Shown: positions 49,369 to 61,339 of the stretch, piece after piece
Position numbering within the stretch: the stretch's first letter is position 1
Layout: every line of letters begins with the position of its first letter
Source: Bilabrum cf. latius
Lineage: Eukaryota
Length of the DNA stretch: 64,000 bases
Reading direction: 5' to 3'
Assembly: GCA_965178125.1 (NCBI GenBank)
Contig: OZ237735.1
Span: 1,922,001 to 1,986,000 of the forward strand
Program-made: the position numbers and the translations under genes
The notes under the pieces: generated by a model
The model's database searches: none
Seen by the model: only the letters and a program-made list of their open reading frames with translations
What the model was told of the DNA's origin: nothing

Positions 49369-49543
49369 GGGCCAGCACTGCAAGTACGACAGCTGTTTCG
49401 TTCTGCAGGCGGGTAGGTCGTGTGGGGGCGGGCGGCCCTAGAATAATGTTGTGGGTTCAAATATATATATTCGGTATCCTGTTCTGCGTTGTAACATTTA
49501 CACAGACAAGTTAGCGACAAGACGGAAATCATCCTGTCGCATT

Positions 49544-50986
49544 TCACCGTGGTGCCTCGCTGCAAACTGCCCTCGCGCGATGCCGCATCACGGCTGCATG
49601 CAGCTGCAGCGTGTTCATTGCTACTCGCTCCCAGTAGCCGCCCCACTTGGCTTCCGCACTCGTTCCTCTGGCCGAATGTGCCCAGCAACCTTCGCCTTCT
49701 TTCTCGCCGTCGACTGCAAGCTGTGCTCCAGCTTGATCTGTACCTGCCGCTGTGGTGCATGCCAAGCCATCTCCCGCACTCCCAATGACAGGGACGCCAC
49801 CCTCCTTGCCGTTTCTTCTTTCACTTACTATATTTCCCCCAATGGACGAGACTCGCGCCTCCAGCACCTCCGCCGCGGCAAGCAACAGGCTCTGCTCCGC
49901 TCTCCGCAAGGAGGCTGCTTCGGTGCCAAGCGACGCTTTGCTTGCAGAGAAGCCCTCGGGGGCTCCAACGCTTGCGTCAGCTCTCTCCCACATTGCCCCA
50001 GCGTCTCCCACGGCGATTCCACGCGTCGAGTCAGTGGATCGATCAGGAAGCGGCAGAGTGGATCGATCAGGAAGCGGCAGAGCAACACTGCTCGAAGATG
50101 ATTTCTGCGCCTTTGCCCCGCCGATAGCATGCCTGCCAGCCAACTCCGTCTCGCCGCCAGAGGTGTTGACGCTCACGCTGCCCTGCGAATACCGAAATAC
50201 AGGACCCCCGGCAGCAGCAGTTGATGCAGCAGGTTTTGGAGCACGAAGCGCAGCATAGACTCCTGGCGCTGGCGTGGAAGTGTCTTGCGGCTGATGCCGT
50301 AGTAGCTGCTGTCTAAATTCGGGCTTGGTGTTTCCAGTCTCCACAAAGTGCGGGGAAGCTTGCGATGCCAATGAAACAGCAGCAATGGCAGGAGGAGGTG
50401 GACTTATCGGAGGAGCCATTTCTAGGGGCACCTTCTCGCCGCTTGAGGACGTGTACGTGGCCCTTAATGCGGCTTCGTGCCCCTTTCCTTCTACCAGTTG
50501 CAAGGTTATTGAGTCGTAGGCAGCGTGTATCGCCCTACACGCCCAGAACATCGCAGATCCGCCTTCGAGTACATCGATCCTGGTCGATTCCCCAGTCTCC
50601 CTCGTGGACGCTGCATCTCGTTGTGAGACGAGCTCGAGAGCCAAAGAAGCGAGCTTGTCGGGTAAGATCATCCAGTCTGGCGCCTGCGCCATAGCCTGGA
50701 CTGCTCGCAGGAAGTCATCACTTGCGTTTCCAAACGGAGCTTGCGTTGCAACGAAGGAGTCCTGGCTTAACTCATTGATTGGGCCCGCTGTGACCGAGAC
50801 ACTTGCGCTACCCACATGATTGTCGATCGATGCAATGATTGCTCCATCAAGTAAACTTGGCTCGCTTGCGAGGTCAGATTCTCCAACCTCTGCAACGGCT
50901 GGTTGATACTCTGGGACTCGAAAGCACGCGTCTACAGCGTCTAGAGATCGGTTTAGCGCCCGGATCTAGCGATTTCTGCTACTCAT
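49544..50986 (-). CDS. Hypothetical protein (~480 aa)
   Basis: ATG 50986 (MSSRNR*IRALNRSLDAVD...) is in frame with ORF 49544-50815; contains a 24-bp duplication (LPLPDRST x2). No family recognised. Confidence 0.6.
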
Positions 50987-51073
50987 GTCACATAGCGGTG
51001 CGTTTCATTTTCTAAGTCACCGCGCACTTGCCAATTTGCCGCCACGCGAAATCGTAGATTCGGAACCGGAAAT

Positions 51074-54000
51074 ATGACTCAACCGTCTTTTCGAGACAGG
51101 CTAACTCGTCCAGAAAGACTAATGCTTAGCATTGATGCGGATAGCATACGTGCTAGTGCTTCTCATGGCAGCACTGGGGTACGTCGAGTCTCACCTACTG
51201 GGAGCACGAGGCGGCCTGCACATGTGCAAACTGCAACTTCAGAGCAGTATGGGGACAAACCGATGACACTTAACGAGCTTGGAGGCCACAGCTCACTATC
51301 ATAGGGGCATAATCACGATGATGGTGCTTCGAGGGTGGTGAATAAAGCCCAGTTAGTGTTTGGCGGCTCTTCCACTGGAGCAGGATTGGCAGCCACAGCT
51401 CGTGCTCTGCGACAAGATGCGGAAGAAGCCAAAGAATCTGAGATTGCATCATTGCATAAAATTCGAGATCCAGCCAGATCGGCTACGCTGGGCTCGCCAT
51501 ATGCGTACCCAAGATCAGGCCTGCAAGGCTCGCAATAGCACGGCCCCGGCGCTCTGCATGCCGCCGCCGAGCTGGGCGCCACACAGACGGCTGGGTTCGC
51601 GCAAACACTCAGCCCTTCTAGGCTACAAGTAGTTCAGCCAGCTCCTCAGGATGCGCAGGGCTGGCCATTGCTGCATGTGGGGCGCTCCGGCGCGCATGAT
51701 GGCAGTGCACTGGCAGGGGCTCGCGCTGCCACTGGGAACCCCATGGACGGCTCCTTCTCCAGGGAAACCGCAGGGGCAGTTGCTGTTAGGGCTGCGATGG
51801 TCAAAGCCGAGCTGCGTGGCACTGCGCAGCAGCTGGCCCTACACAACCAGCAGGAGAGAGTCGATTCGGTTTTGGCCCAGTCGCAGCAGACCGTGGAGAT
51901 CAGCCGTGCCAGGGGCCTGGCTCGCACTGCCGAAAGGGAGCTGAATGCGCAGCAGGGCGAGCTCACGCGACTGAGACGGAAGATCGGAACTTTGACAGGA
52001 AGCAACGCGGTGTCTGCAGCTGAGCGCGAGCTGCTTGAGGGCAGGGTCGAGGCTGAGAGGCGGAGGCTCAGGGGGAAAGAGCAGGAGGCCGAGGAGCTCG
52101 AGGGTGAGCTTGCGCAGAGCATCGGCTTGGCCGAGCAGCAGCAGACCAGGCTAGAGGCACTCGTTCGACGGGTGTCAGAGCTGGAGAAGCAGTCGAAAGA
52201 AGACGCTGCGACTGCCCGTGTCATGGAGGATAGGCTCGAGTCCGCTCGAGCTGACGCGAGGGCCGAATGGGAACCCCGGCTGGAGGCAGCGGAGAGCAAG
52301 GCAAGGCGGGACGAAGAGCAGTACAGAGGGCTACTCGACTCGCAAGAAAAGAAAGCTGCAGAGGATAGACTGGCTGCCTCCAAGACGATCAACCAGCTAG
52401 AGCGCGAGAGACAGGACCTACAGAATAGCGTCGCAAGGCTAGGTGCAGAGCTGCAGACCGCCAGTTCAGAGGCGGAGTCCTGTGCTCGCCGGGCGGAGCG
52501 CGCCGAGGCAGACGCAGCCGGATCAAAGGCCGAGGCGAAGGTAGCCCGGGGTGAACTCGAGCGTGCGGACGAGCGCCGCAGGCAGGCAGAGGAGGCTGCA
52601 GCCGCTGCAGAACGGGACAGGCTGGGCTTCGCAGCTGGGTAGGCAAGAGCAGAAGAAGAGGCTGCTTTGCGTAGGAAAGAGGCAGATGACAGCAAGGTAC
52701 AACTGAAATCTTTACAGGATCGCTTCGACGAGATGCAGCGGTCCTAGTTGGAGCAGCTGGAGGAGTACCGGTAGTCTGCGGAAGCGCAAGCACAGTAGTC
52801 TGAGGTTCGTGAGAATGAGCTCGCGTAGGCAGCGTCAGAGGCAAAATAGCACTGGGAAGAAGCAGAGGAAGAAGCAGCTAGGCTGCGAGACGAGCTGGAG
52901 CTCACAAAGGGGAGGCACGAGCACTTGGCTGCGCAGGCAAGCGATGCACAGGCTGAGGCGCAGGAGCTCTCCAAGGAGCTTGAGACTGCTCGCGCAGAGT
53001 CCAGGAAACATGCCGATGATATTAGTAAGTAGGAACAGCAGCTGCAAGACATGTCTGCTCGTGAGGCGACGCTGAAACAGGAGCTTGCTGCATCTGAGCG
53101 ACGGGCAGACGAGGCACGTGCAGCCGCAGACCGCGCCATAGCCCAGCTTGCAGACGTCTAGGCAGACAAGTCAAAATCCGGGCGCAAATCCAAGACAATT
53201 GCTGCCCTGAACGACAAGATCCATGACTTGGAGACTAGGTTGCGGGATGCCACGGAGCACTCAGGAGGAAAGGGTCGTGACTCGGGTTCGATGATGCCAG
53301 GGACACCCAATCTCGGCAAGATCGAGCGCGATCGCATGGAAGCATAGCTGAGTCGATCTCGCTCGGAGCTAGAGGCCGCAGCCACAGAGCGGGATGAAGC
53401 TAAAGCGAAGCTACGAATGCATGCGGCCCGCGAGAAGGAGCTGAAGAGGCGGCTTGCGGAAGCTGCCGCTGCATCCGAGCTGAAGAGGCGTTCTTCGTCT
53501 CGCAGGCTATTTCGAAAGGAATCCGAGGCTTCTGAGCTCACCTTGGCGGCCGAGACAGTAGGTGGCACCGGAACAGGTGTTTGGTAGGGTCACAGGTCTA
53601 TCGGCTCCTAGGCTTTGGGCAGCAAGATGCGCTCGTCGCAGAGGCTGGCGAGCGGCTCGGCGATGCCTGCCTCTCCCGTGTCATCCCCTGCTACTGGCCA
53701 GAATGGATTGAAAAGAGCGCTCTCCGCCAGCTCCAAAGCGGTATTTGCCTCGCTGCGGTCTCCTGGCGCGAGTTCCTTTGGCCGGGAGTCGGTCGCCAGC
53801 GTAGGCAGCCCCTTGCGACGGCGGGTAACCTTTACTTCGACCCCACGAACGACAGCTTCGAGCTCCCAACTAGATGGCAGTGCCACCTCCCACAAAATGT
53901 CTCCCCGAGATTCGAGAGGCCAGAGGCAAGCGCACGACTCGCTCGGACTGGAGGACGTTGAGGAAGTGCACGAATACGATGAGGGCAGCGATCAAGCCGA

Positions 54001-56500
54001 GGAGCGTCAATCTACCGGCACACTGGGGGCTAGCCTTAAGTCAGATCGCCTGGACGGAGTTGTGTCGTCGGAGGAAGCAAAGCTCGGGTCGGGAAAGAGA
54101 AGTACGTTGGCTGCGCAGCAGCACGAGACGATGCACAACAATAGCCGGAGCAGCCCAGCGAGCGAACAGCAACACCGAGAGTTGCGACAGGATTTGCAAG
54201 AGCAGTCGAATCTTGCCCGTGGCCTGGAAGCATCAAATGCTGCTCTTGCGGCGCAGCTCGAGGCAGCACGGCTACAACTCGAGCAGCTGCATGAAGCTGA
54301 CGAGACGCGGCAAGCCGCTGAGGCTGAGGTGAAGCGGCAAGACACCGAGCTGCAGGACATCAGGTTGAAAGCAGCGGGGCTTGAGGCTACCAGCCAGGCG
54401 GCCGAGCGCCGGATCAAGCAGCTAGAGGAGGATATTGATCGTCTGGAGAAGGCTCGCGATGAAGCCGCTGCTGCGCGAGACAGGGCACAGACCGAGATTG
54501 AGTCCTTGCAATAGGAGCTCGCTACCTCGCAAACCCGTTTGCAGCAGTCCCACTAGCAGTTGTCCCAGGCGCAGGCAGACGCGGCCAAGCAGCGTAGGTT
54601 GCACCGGAGAGAACTGCGATCGTCTGCTGCAGGTGGTCTATCGGTACAGCCTCGAGTATCCTGGGCCAGCCCGAGCCGAGCGCTGTATCGCCGTGCCCTA
54701 CTATCGCCACCCCGAGCAGGTGCATCGCCTGGTTCCGGTCCTCGGAGCATGCTGGGGTCGCCAGCACGACCTGCATTGAGCGGCCAGAATCAAACACTTG
54801 ACGACCCTGAGGCAATCCTACACAAAGCGGAAGCCACCTTACGCGACGCCAAGGAACAAATGGGCAAGCTCACCGTGAGGCGCCAGGCTGTACAACGCGA
54901 CGCATCGATTCAGCCTACTGCCCAAGGAAGCCGAGGCTCCGGCTCTGGTGGCTTTCTAGGCCTCTGTATGACTGCAGATGCTGCCATTGCTGCTGCAGAG
55001 CAGAGCAGAGACGCAGCGATGATGGCAATTGGTGCATACCGAGAGCTTCTCGCAGAGTACCACGCAGCTGTGCAAAGAGGAGACCTTGATTCAGAATCGG
55101 ATGCATCCACGGTAGGAACCGCGGAGGAAAACGTCGGTGGACCCGCGATACCGCCGTTCCCTGCTGACGTGCAGTTGTTCGCTCAAGCTGCCGACAGGTG
55201 TAGAGGTGCTGCAAACGCTGCGGTTCAGGCCGCCATCAAGGTGCCACTATCAGCTGGAATGGTGGCGGACGCAGCCGAAAGTGAAGGTGCTCGAGCGCAG
55301 AACCAGGCTGGGCCACACCGAGGGCCTGCTGCGGGTTTCAGCTAGGGTGCCAGCCATGCGGCTACGCTAGAACAGGATCACGTGCCTGGTGCAAGTCAAG
55401 GGCAGCGCCAGCCGCTAGAGCTCGGGACGGAAGAAGGACGGACAATTTTGGACGGGGCTCTTCAGCGATCAGCCAAAGCTGGCCCTCCACACCCAACCAC
55501 AGAACGGCGGACCAAAGAGGAAGAGGCTGGTGGCTCTCCCGTCCGGCCTTGGAGATCGTTGTACAAGCAAGGGGCATCGCAAGTGGCAGCTGCTGGGGCA
55601 TCACCCCGTGGCCTCGGGAATCTTGACAAGTCTGTGGCCGTGGCGATCAGGCAGATGGTGCAAGGCAAGCCCACAGGGAGCAGCGAGGGACAGGGCCAAA
55701 GGGCTGCTAGAGCCACGGATGCTGAAGTGTCTTTCCTGCAAGATGAAGGTGGCTTGGATCGGCCGATGGCGCCCAGCGATCTGTTCATCGAGCATTCCGA
55801 TGGTGGTAAGCAGCCCGCAGTGGTGCGTTCCAGGGACGCCTCACCCGCAGGCTCCACAGCAGACCCCCAGTCCGAGCCAGCCCCCCACGGTGACAGCACC
55901 CGCACATCACGCTCCATGCCTGCGAGGCAAGCTAGACGATCTCGTGCCGGTGCCCTTCTCTCTGGGTCGCAGCACGCTGTCCAGCTGGCATGGGAGCACA
56001 TGCAGAGGACTGCGGCCATGCACAAGCACTCGTCGGGCAACTCGTACCAGCAGGCCGCTGGGTCAAAGGCAAACGGGGCTTTCTTGACGGATGCTCAGCT
56101 GTCACCCATGGCTCTGCGTGCAGAAACGCGGTTGGAGTGGCTGGTTCGGAGGCACGCTGCCGTGCTCGACACGCTGTCTAGGCCGCGGGTCATCGAGTCG
56201 ATGGGAGCCGAGGCAGCTGCCAGGCTGGACCACAGAGTCAAGCGTGCGTCTGCTGCCCTTGCAGACTGCCACTCGCTGCTGAGGATGGCCAAGGAGGCCG
56301 CCCAGCATGGTGCAACCCATGGCTCTGGAGCGATGCAGCCAGGCAGCCAGCACAGTCCAGCTCAGCTAGCAGCGGAAGGTCGGTTTGTCGTGTCGGTGCA
56401 TGCCGCAGGAAAGGCGGTCGAGGCGGCGGAGGGCCTGTCGATGCAGCCCGGTGTCACTGGAGCTGCGGTAGATGGCTTGAGGTTCGGGTCGTTGGCTTGA
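51074..56500 (+). CDS. Large coiled-coil protein (~1808 aa)
   Basis: ORFs 51074, 51335, 51668, 53615, 54560 and 55382 are one frame, and the gaps contain only TAG stops within E/Q/R/A-rich heptad sequence (e.g. RS*LEQLEEYR*SAEAQAQ*SEVRE). Ends in TGA. Confidence 0.8.
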
Positions 56501-57262
56501 TGGTGGTTGTGACAGTAGCATGCAGTGTTTATGGCAATGAGCTCGCCTGCTCCGTGCGTGGCTGGCTGGGTCACACGCCGCCGGTGGGGTTCCGGTTCCC
56601 GGACGACTTTAGAATGAACGCTAGATGGTGGGCGAGGTCACGATAGTTGTCGGTCTCGAGGATGGCAAGCCAGCGTGCAAGGCGCCAGTGGGATTTAGCC
56701 AATCAGAGGGTGATATGGAGGGGTATGATGGGGTGCTGCAGAGTAAATGAGTCGGGGGCAAACCAGGGCAGTTCAGGCCTGGTCTTGTTGCCACTGGCAG
56801 TGGAAGACAAGGAGCACCCACGTGGATGGGGTGGCTGGGAGGAGCACCTCCCTGACGGTGCATCGTGCCGTGCGGAGGACTGGCTGCAGCGCGATCTCGT
56901 TTGTGAAGTATTATTGACTGAAATACTACAAGCTGGTGTTTTAACGTCTCGTATGGTTCCGCTGTAGTCCTCTGTCTGTGAGTAAAAGCACGCTGTCGGA
57001 CTCGCACAGGAACACATGCTAGTCAGCGCGCGTCAAGCTGCCTTGCTAGCAGCTCCTCCAAATCTGCCGAGTCTTCATTCTGGTACTGGGTAAGAGAGCG
57101 GGGTTGCGTTGGCCCCTCTATGCGTCATAAGGAAGGAAGGAAGGAAGGAAATTCTGGTTCATAGTCTGCCAGTAGCGCAAGCTTGCAAAAAGTGAAGACG
57201 AAGCCCAATGAAGTAGGTCTACCTAGAACGCCGGGAGAATTGACATAGATCTTTGCGAAAAA

Positions 57263-57930
57263 ATGGCGGCCGCTGCTGCCGATGGATCTTTAGCCTCTAC
57301 TAGTGAGACCACCTGATCCCCTGCCTCAGTGTGCTTGCCCATTGCAGACCATGACCTGTGTCCCGACTGTGCCATGTTCTTGCCAAACATTTTGCCTGTG
57401 CGCGGCAAGAAATAGTATCGCCAGCGTGTTCAGTGCATAGCGCAGTTGGAACGTGGAAAATATCTTATTCGTGCATTAGTGAGTACGATGGAGATGGCAC
57501 ACAGCATGAGCGCAAGCTGACTCTCAACACGGATGGATCGGCAACTGCGATCTACAACTATTCCAGCTCGAGCAGCAAAGGAGGCGGCTTAGCAGGCACA
57601 GAGGAGCAAACCAAGTTGAACGCATCCGGAACGTGGAAAGCAGTATCAAAGGACGGTGCGGAGATCAAAGCAGCCGACTGCAAGCCGAAAGACCTTGTGG
57701 GCGCAACGGTCTCGCTGTCCTTCCCAGAGACCGTGGACTGCGAAACGAGCCTGCTGGAATATTACCCCGGATCTGATGATGACCCGATAGTCTCTATGGA
57801 GGCCGTGAAGGTCGGAGAGGTCAGCTTCAAGGTGGAATCTGCTGGCGGCGTGGCAGCGTGCCATGTGCCAGGAGCATCTACACCCAGTGGGGAGGTTGTC
57901 TGGGAAGCCGGGGTTCTGCAAACAGAGTGA
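57263..57930 (+). CDS. Hypothetical beta-rich protein, one intron
   Basis: MAAAAADGSLAST, then intron 57303-57445 (GTGAG...CGCAG), joins ORF 57358 as IGTWKISY...LTLNTDGSAT...ASGTWK. Ends in TGA. Confidence 0.62.
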
Positions 57931-58047
57931 CAAAGGTGCGAATGCATTCTCAGTTGGTACGTGCTCGAGCCATTGAAATTTGCGTGCTCTTGCGCGGGTA
58001 CACCGATCCGCAATAGATAGACTTGCACGTTGTGACGCAGCACAATT

Positions 58048-58913
58048 TCACTTCGGGGCGCCGATCGCCTCTGGCATCCTCTCAATGGTGTACTTCCTGC
58101 CCTAGATGAACATGATGGGTACCCCGGGAATCTTCCTCAGCCGTCGCTTCAAGTCCTTATCCATGGTGGCGACGATGTAGCACCTGTGCGCCGTCACCAG
58201 TTTGACGATCTCGTCGTCGGCATAATCGCTATCTGTTGGTATGCGCATGAACCTAGGATCCTTTGCCAATCGCAGTGCCACCCTGAACTTCGGTCCCAGC
58301 TTCTCCAGCTCTGCAATGACTGCGTCGGGTATGCACGGGATCGCCTTCGCAAGCAGGCAGTCCATCATGCTTCTAACTACGTCCAGCTTGTTCTTGATTG
58401 AGAAATTCAAGAAATTTGTATCAACTATCACGTGGTACGGCGGTCCAAGCTGGGTATTATGAGAGAACCACAGGGAAGCCTTCGTTTTCTCGCTGAGAGG
58501 CAAGTGGAAGAAGCAAGCACGAAAGCAGCACGTACGAAAACCACATGCCTTGGAGATAAAAACAGGAGTCAACAGGGGTCTTGGTTCAGACTTACACTAC
58601 CTTCACTTTCACTGGCTTTGCCTTCTCGGCTGTCTTTTCCCTGACCTCTTGCCTGCGACGCGAAGACCATGGACATGGAATCCAACGATATCACTTCTCT
58701 AACACGCAATGCTGATTAAAATCCATCATCATCACTTACAGTCTACCATCCTTAGGGCCAATCATCCTTTTCACGGCGGCAAATTTCTTCGTTTTCCGGA
58801 CTTTCGGCTGCGCAACGGCAACTCGGACTTTGACTGGAATGATCAGGCCATGCACAGGACACTCGGGGGGGCAGGGAAACGTAATTTGATAAGAATGAAT
58901 TTGACCTCACCAT
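58048..58913 (-). CDS. FCF1: rRNA-processing PIN nuclease FCF1/UTP24, 3 introns
   Basis: ATG-only first coding exon, then [79 protein letters not shown]. The conserved C-terminus lies beyond the TAG at 58102. Ends in TGA. Confidence 0.93.
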
Positions 58914-59740
58914 TGCGATATTTGTCGGCCTTCCTGTAAAGGTATTTCATTAGTGTTCGTTCTCTTCTACGAACGTTCCATAGTGTTCTCTTCTGCATTG
59001 CACTGCAAACCTCACGAGGCCAACAACTAGAACCAGGCATTTATTAATACACATAGATCTGACAACGTGAGTACCATGAATGTGGCCTGCGCGGATTCAC
59101 ACCGATACCTTTCAACTACTCGCTGTCTGCGGCATGTCACCGTGATAGCGCGCTACCGTTGTATCGAATAGGAAGCATTACGGTGCTCGTGCGTGCGAAG
59201 CTTGCTGTTTGGCGGTCTACTGCCTCATAGTCAATATTCCCACTCCGACAATTTTATTCGCAGTAATCTGTATGACCATGACCCGGGCAATGCATAGGCA
59301 TAGTTGCTCGAATGCGCTCAGCCAACAAGGTGGCACGCCCACCACACTTGCAGTCAAATCCGAGAGTCTCTCGCATCTTGCATCTTACCACTTCGACACT
59401 CGTGTATTAGTGGAGTCGCCCACACTAGTCTTGTCCAGCCTTCGGCAGAGCAGCGCATGCCTTGGGGCTACTTTACTGGGCACTTCCTCCTCCTCTCCCT
59501 GCATTGTCGCTGCCGCTTCGTATTGCCCGGGTACGTATGCAATAACGTAGACTTGCAAGCAAATACCTGGCAAACAGCAGAACATCACACAACCACCACC
59601 ATTATTACATGCGAACAGCTGTCGTCATCACACACCCGGAACAAGACAGATCCATATTTCATGTGCACACACTCGCACGTACCTGCTACACCTCCTAGCA
59701 CTTTGTTTGATTTCTTTAAACTCGTTTATCGCGAGACGCG

Positions 59741-61170
59741 ATGGGGAACGTAACCAGCGGTGATGAGCCCGTGCACGATGTGGAAGCGGAGCCATTCGGA
59801 TTTCGTGTCCTCAGCGTTGCCCCAGGCTCGCCCGCATCGACCTGCAAGCTGATAGCTGAGGGTGAAAGATTATTGGATGATGAAGATGTTGCGGTGGAGG
59901 GTGAGCTTCTTGACCGTGCGCGGGATGAAGCAGAGAAACGTCGACGATCAGCCAGCGCAGGGCAACTAGCTGGTGCATCAAACGCAGCTGACCAGTCCCA
60001 TTCGCTAGTTATGTTCTTTGATACTATTGTTGCTGCGGCCGGGGAGAGATTAGAGGCAGAGCCCGAAAGGTTCGTGTCGATCTTGGCTGCACACGAAGGC
60101 AAGTCGCTTCGGCTTCACATTTGGAACACGAAAGCCATGTAGCTGCGCGAGGTGGAGATTATGCCCAAGCGCCACGATGGTAGTGGTCTGCTCGGCATCA
60201 TTACAGAGCATGGCTCGTATGCTGGCAGTGTTCATTCAGCATTGCACGTCACGGATGTGCTGCCGTTTTCCCCGGCTGAAAGAGCCGGACTAGTTCCCAT
60301 CGACGACTACATCTTGAGAGCAGCGGGAGCAGAGTTTGAGAGTGAGAACCCTTGCATTTGCTTCCGCCATTGTAGCGCTGCCAGCAGCGATCCCTCGTTG
60401 TATGCGGGAGACATGCTGATTCATCCCGTCTGACACTACACTAGCCCAAAGTCGGCCAGCACCCCTTTTGAGGGCCTCCGATATGCCTCCGTTTTGCGAC
60501 GTCTTCCGCACTCGCAGCCATCCTAGATTTCTAGTACTTTGTGGCGGAGCGAGCAGGGGAAGTCGTCACCCTCCTAGTGCATTCCGCGGGCAGAGACTCG
60601 GTCCGGGAGGTGCAGATGCACGTCCCGGGCAATGACCAGGTCTGGCTGGACAACCGGGGCAGGGAACACGAAGGGGTGGGGCTGGTGGTGGAGCAGGGCA
60701 TCGAGCATGCGGTGCCCACCCTGGGCACGGTGGGCAGGAACGAAGCGTGTGACGAGCGCGTCAGCCGCAGCGACATGCTCAAGGCAGCCTCGGCGGCCAT
60801 GGAGAGGCTGGGGAAGGAGCACTAGGCCGGCGGGGCGGGAGAGGGGGGTGCATAGGGAGAGTCCGAAGCGGCCCAAAGCGGGGTATTGGCAGCTGGTGCG
60901 GGTGCATCGCATGCCGGTGCAGATGCCACTGCGGACTAGAAGGAAGGGGCATCCGGAGAAGCGGCTGTGGGGACAGAAACACAAGATGGAGATAGCCCAG
61001 GTGATACCGGGGGGAGCCACATGCCTTCGAGGGGGAGCAGCTAGTCGGGGGTGGAGGCAGTCGCCAGGGCAGCGGGCGAGGCCGGCGGGGAGCAGGGCGA
61101 GCAGGAATTGCTGGAGGAGAGCGTGGACGGGGACGATGGGAAAGGCGAGGGCGGCGAGCCAAGGCTGTGA
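59741..61170 (+). CDS. GRASP: Golgi reassembly stacking protein (GRASP55/65 family)
   Basis: Myristoylation-type MGN start, GFRVLSVAPGSPA, FFDTIV, WNTKAM*LREVEIMP, GLLG, LHVTDVLPFSPAERAGLVPIDDYI; intron 60342-60517; acidic Gly-rich tail to TGA at 61168. Confidence 0.87.
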
Positions 61171-61339
61171 GTATGGCTGCTACGAGCAGTATCATTGAAG
61201 AACGCGTCTGTGGGGGGCTGTTGGAAGTGCGCGAGCGACCACTGCCCTCCGATCGAGTACATTATGCCTCACATCGCGGACTGGGGGTAAAAATTCTGTA
61301 GTATTCTTTGAGTACAAATATTTGCATCACTTGATAAAG

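Noticed and set aside
56520-57240. Possible small spliced gene on the minus strand near an (AAGG)n tract
   Set aside because: Several short frames and splice-like sites, but I could not build a consistent model or recognise a product.
59250-59270. U14 snoRNA-like ATTCGCAGT motif
   Set aside because: Only a 9-nt match, without the flanking C/D boxes or domain B.
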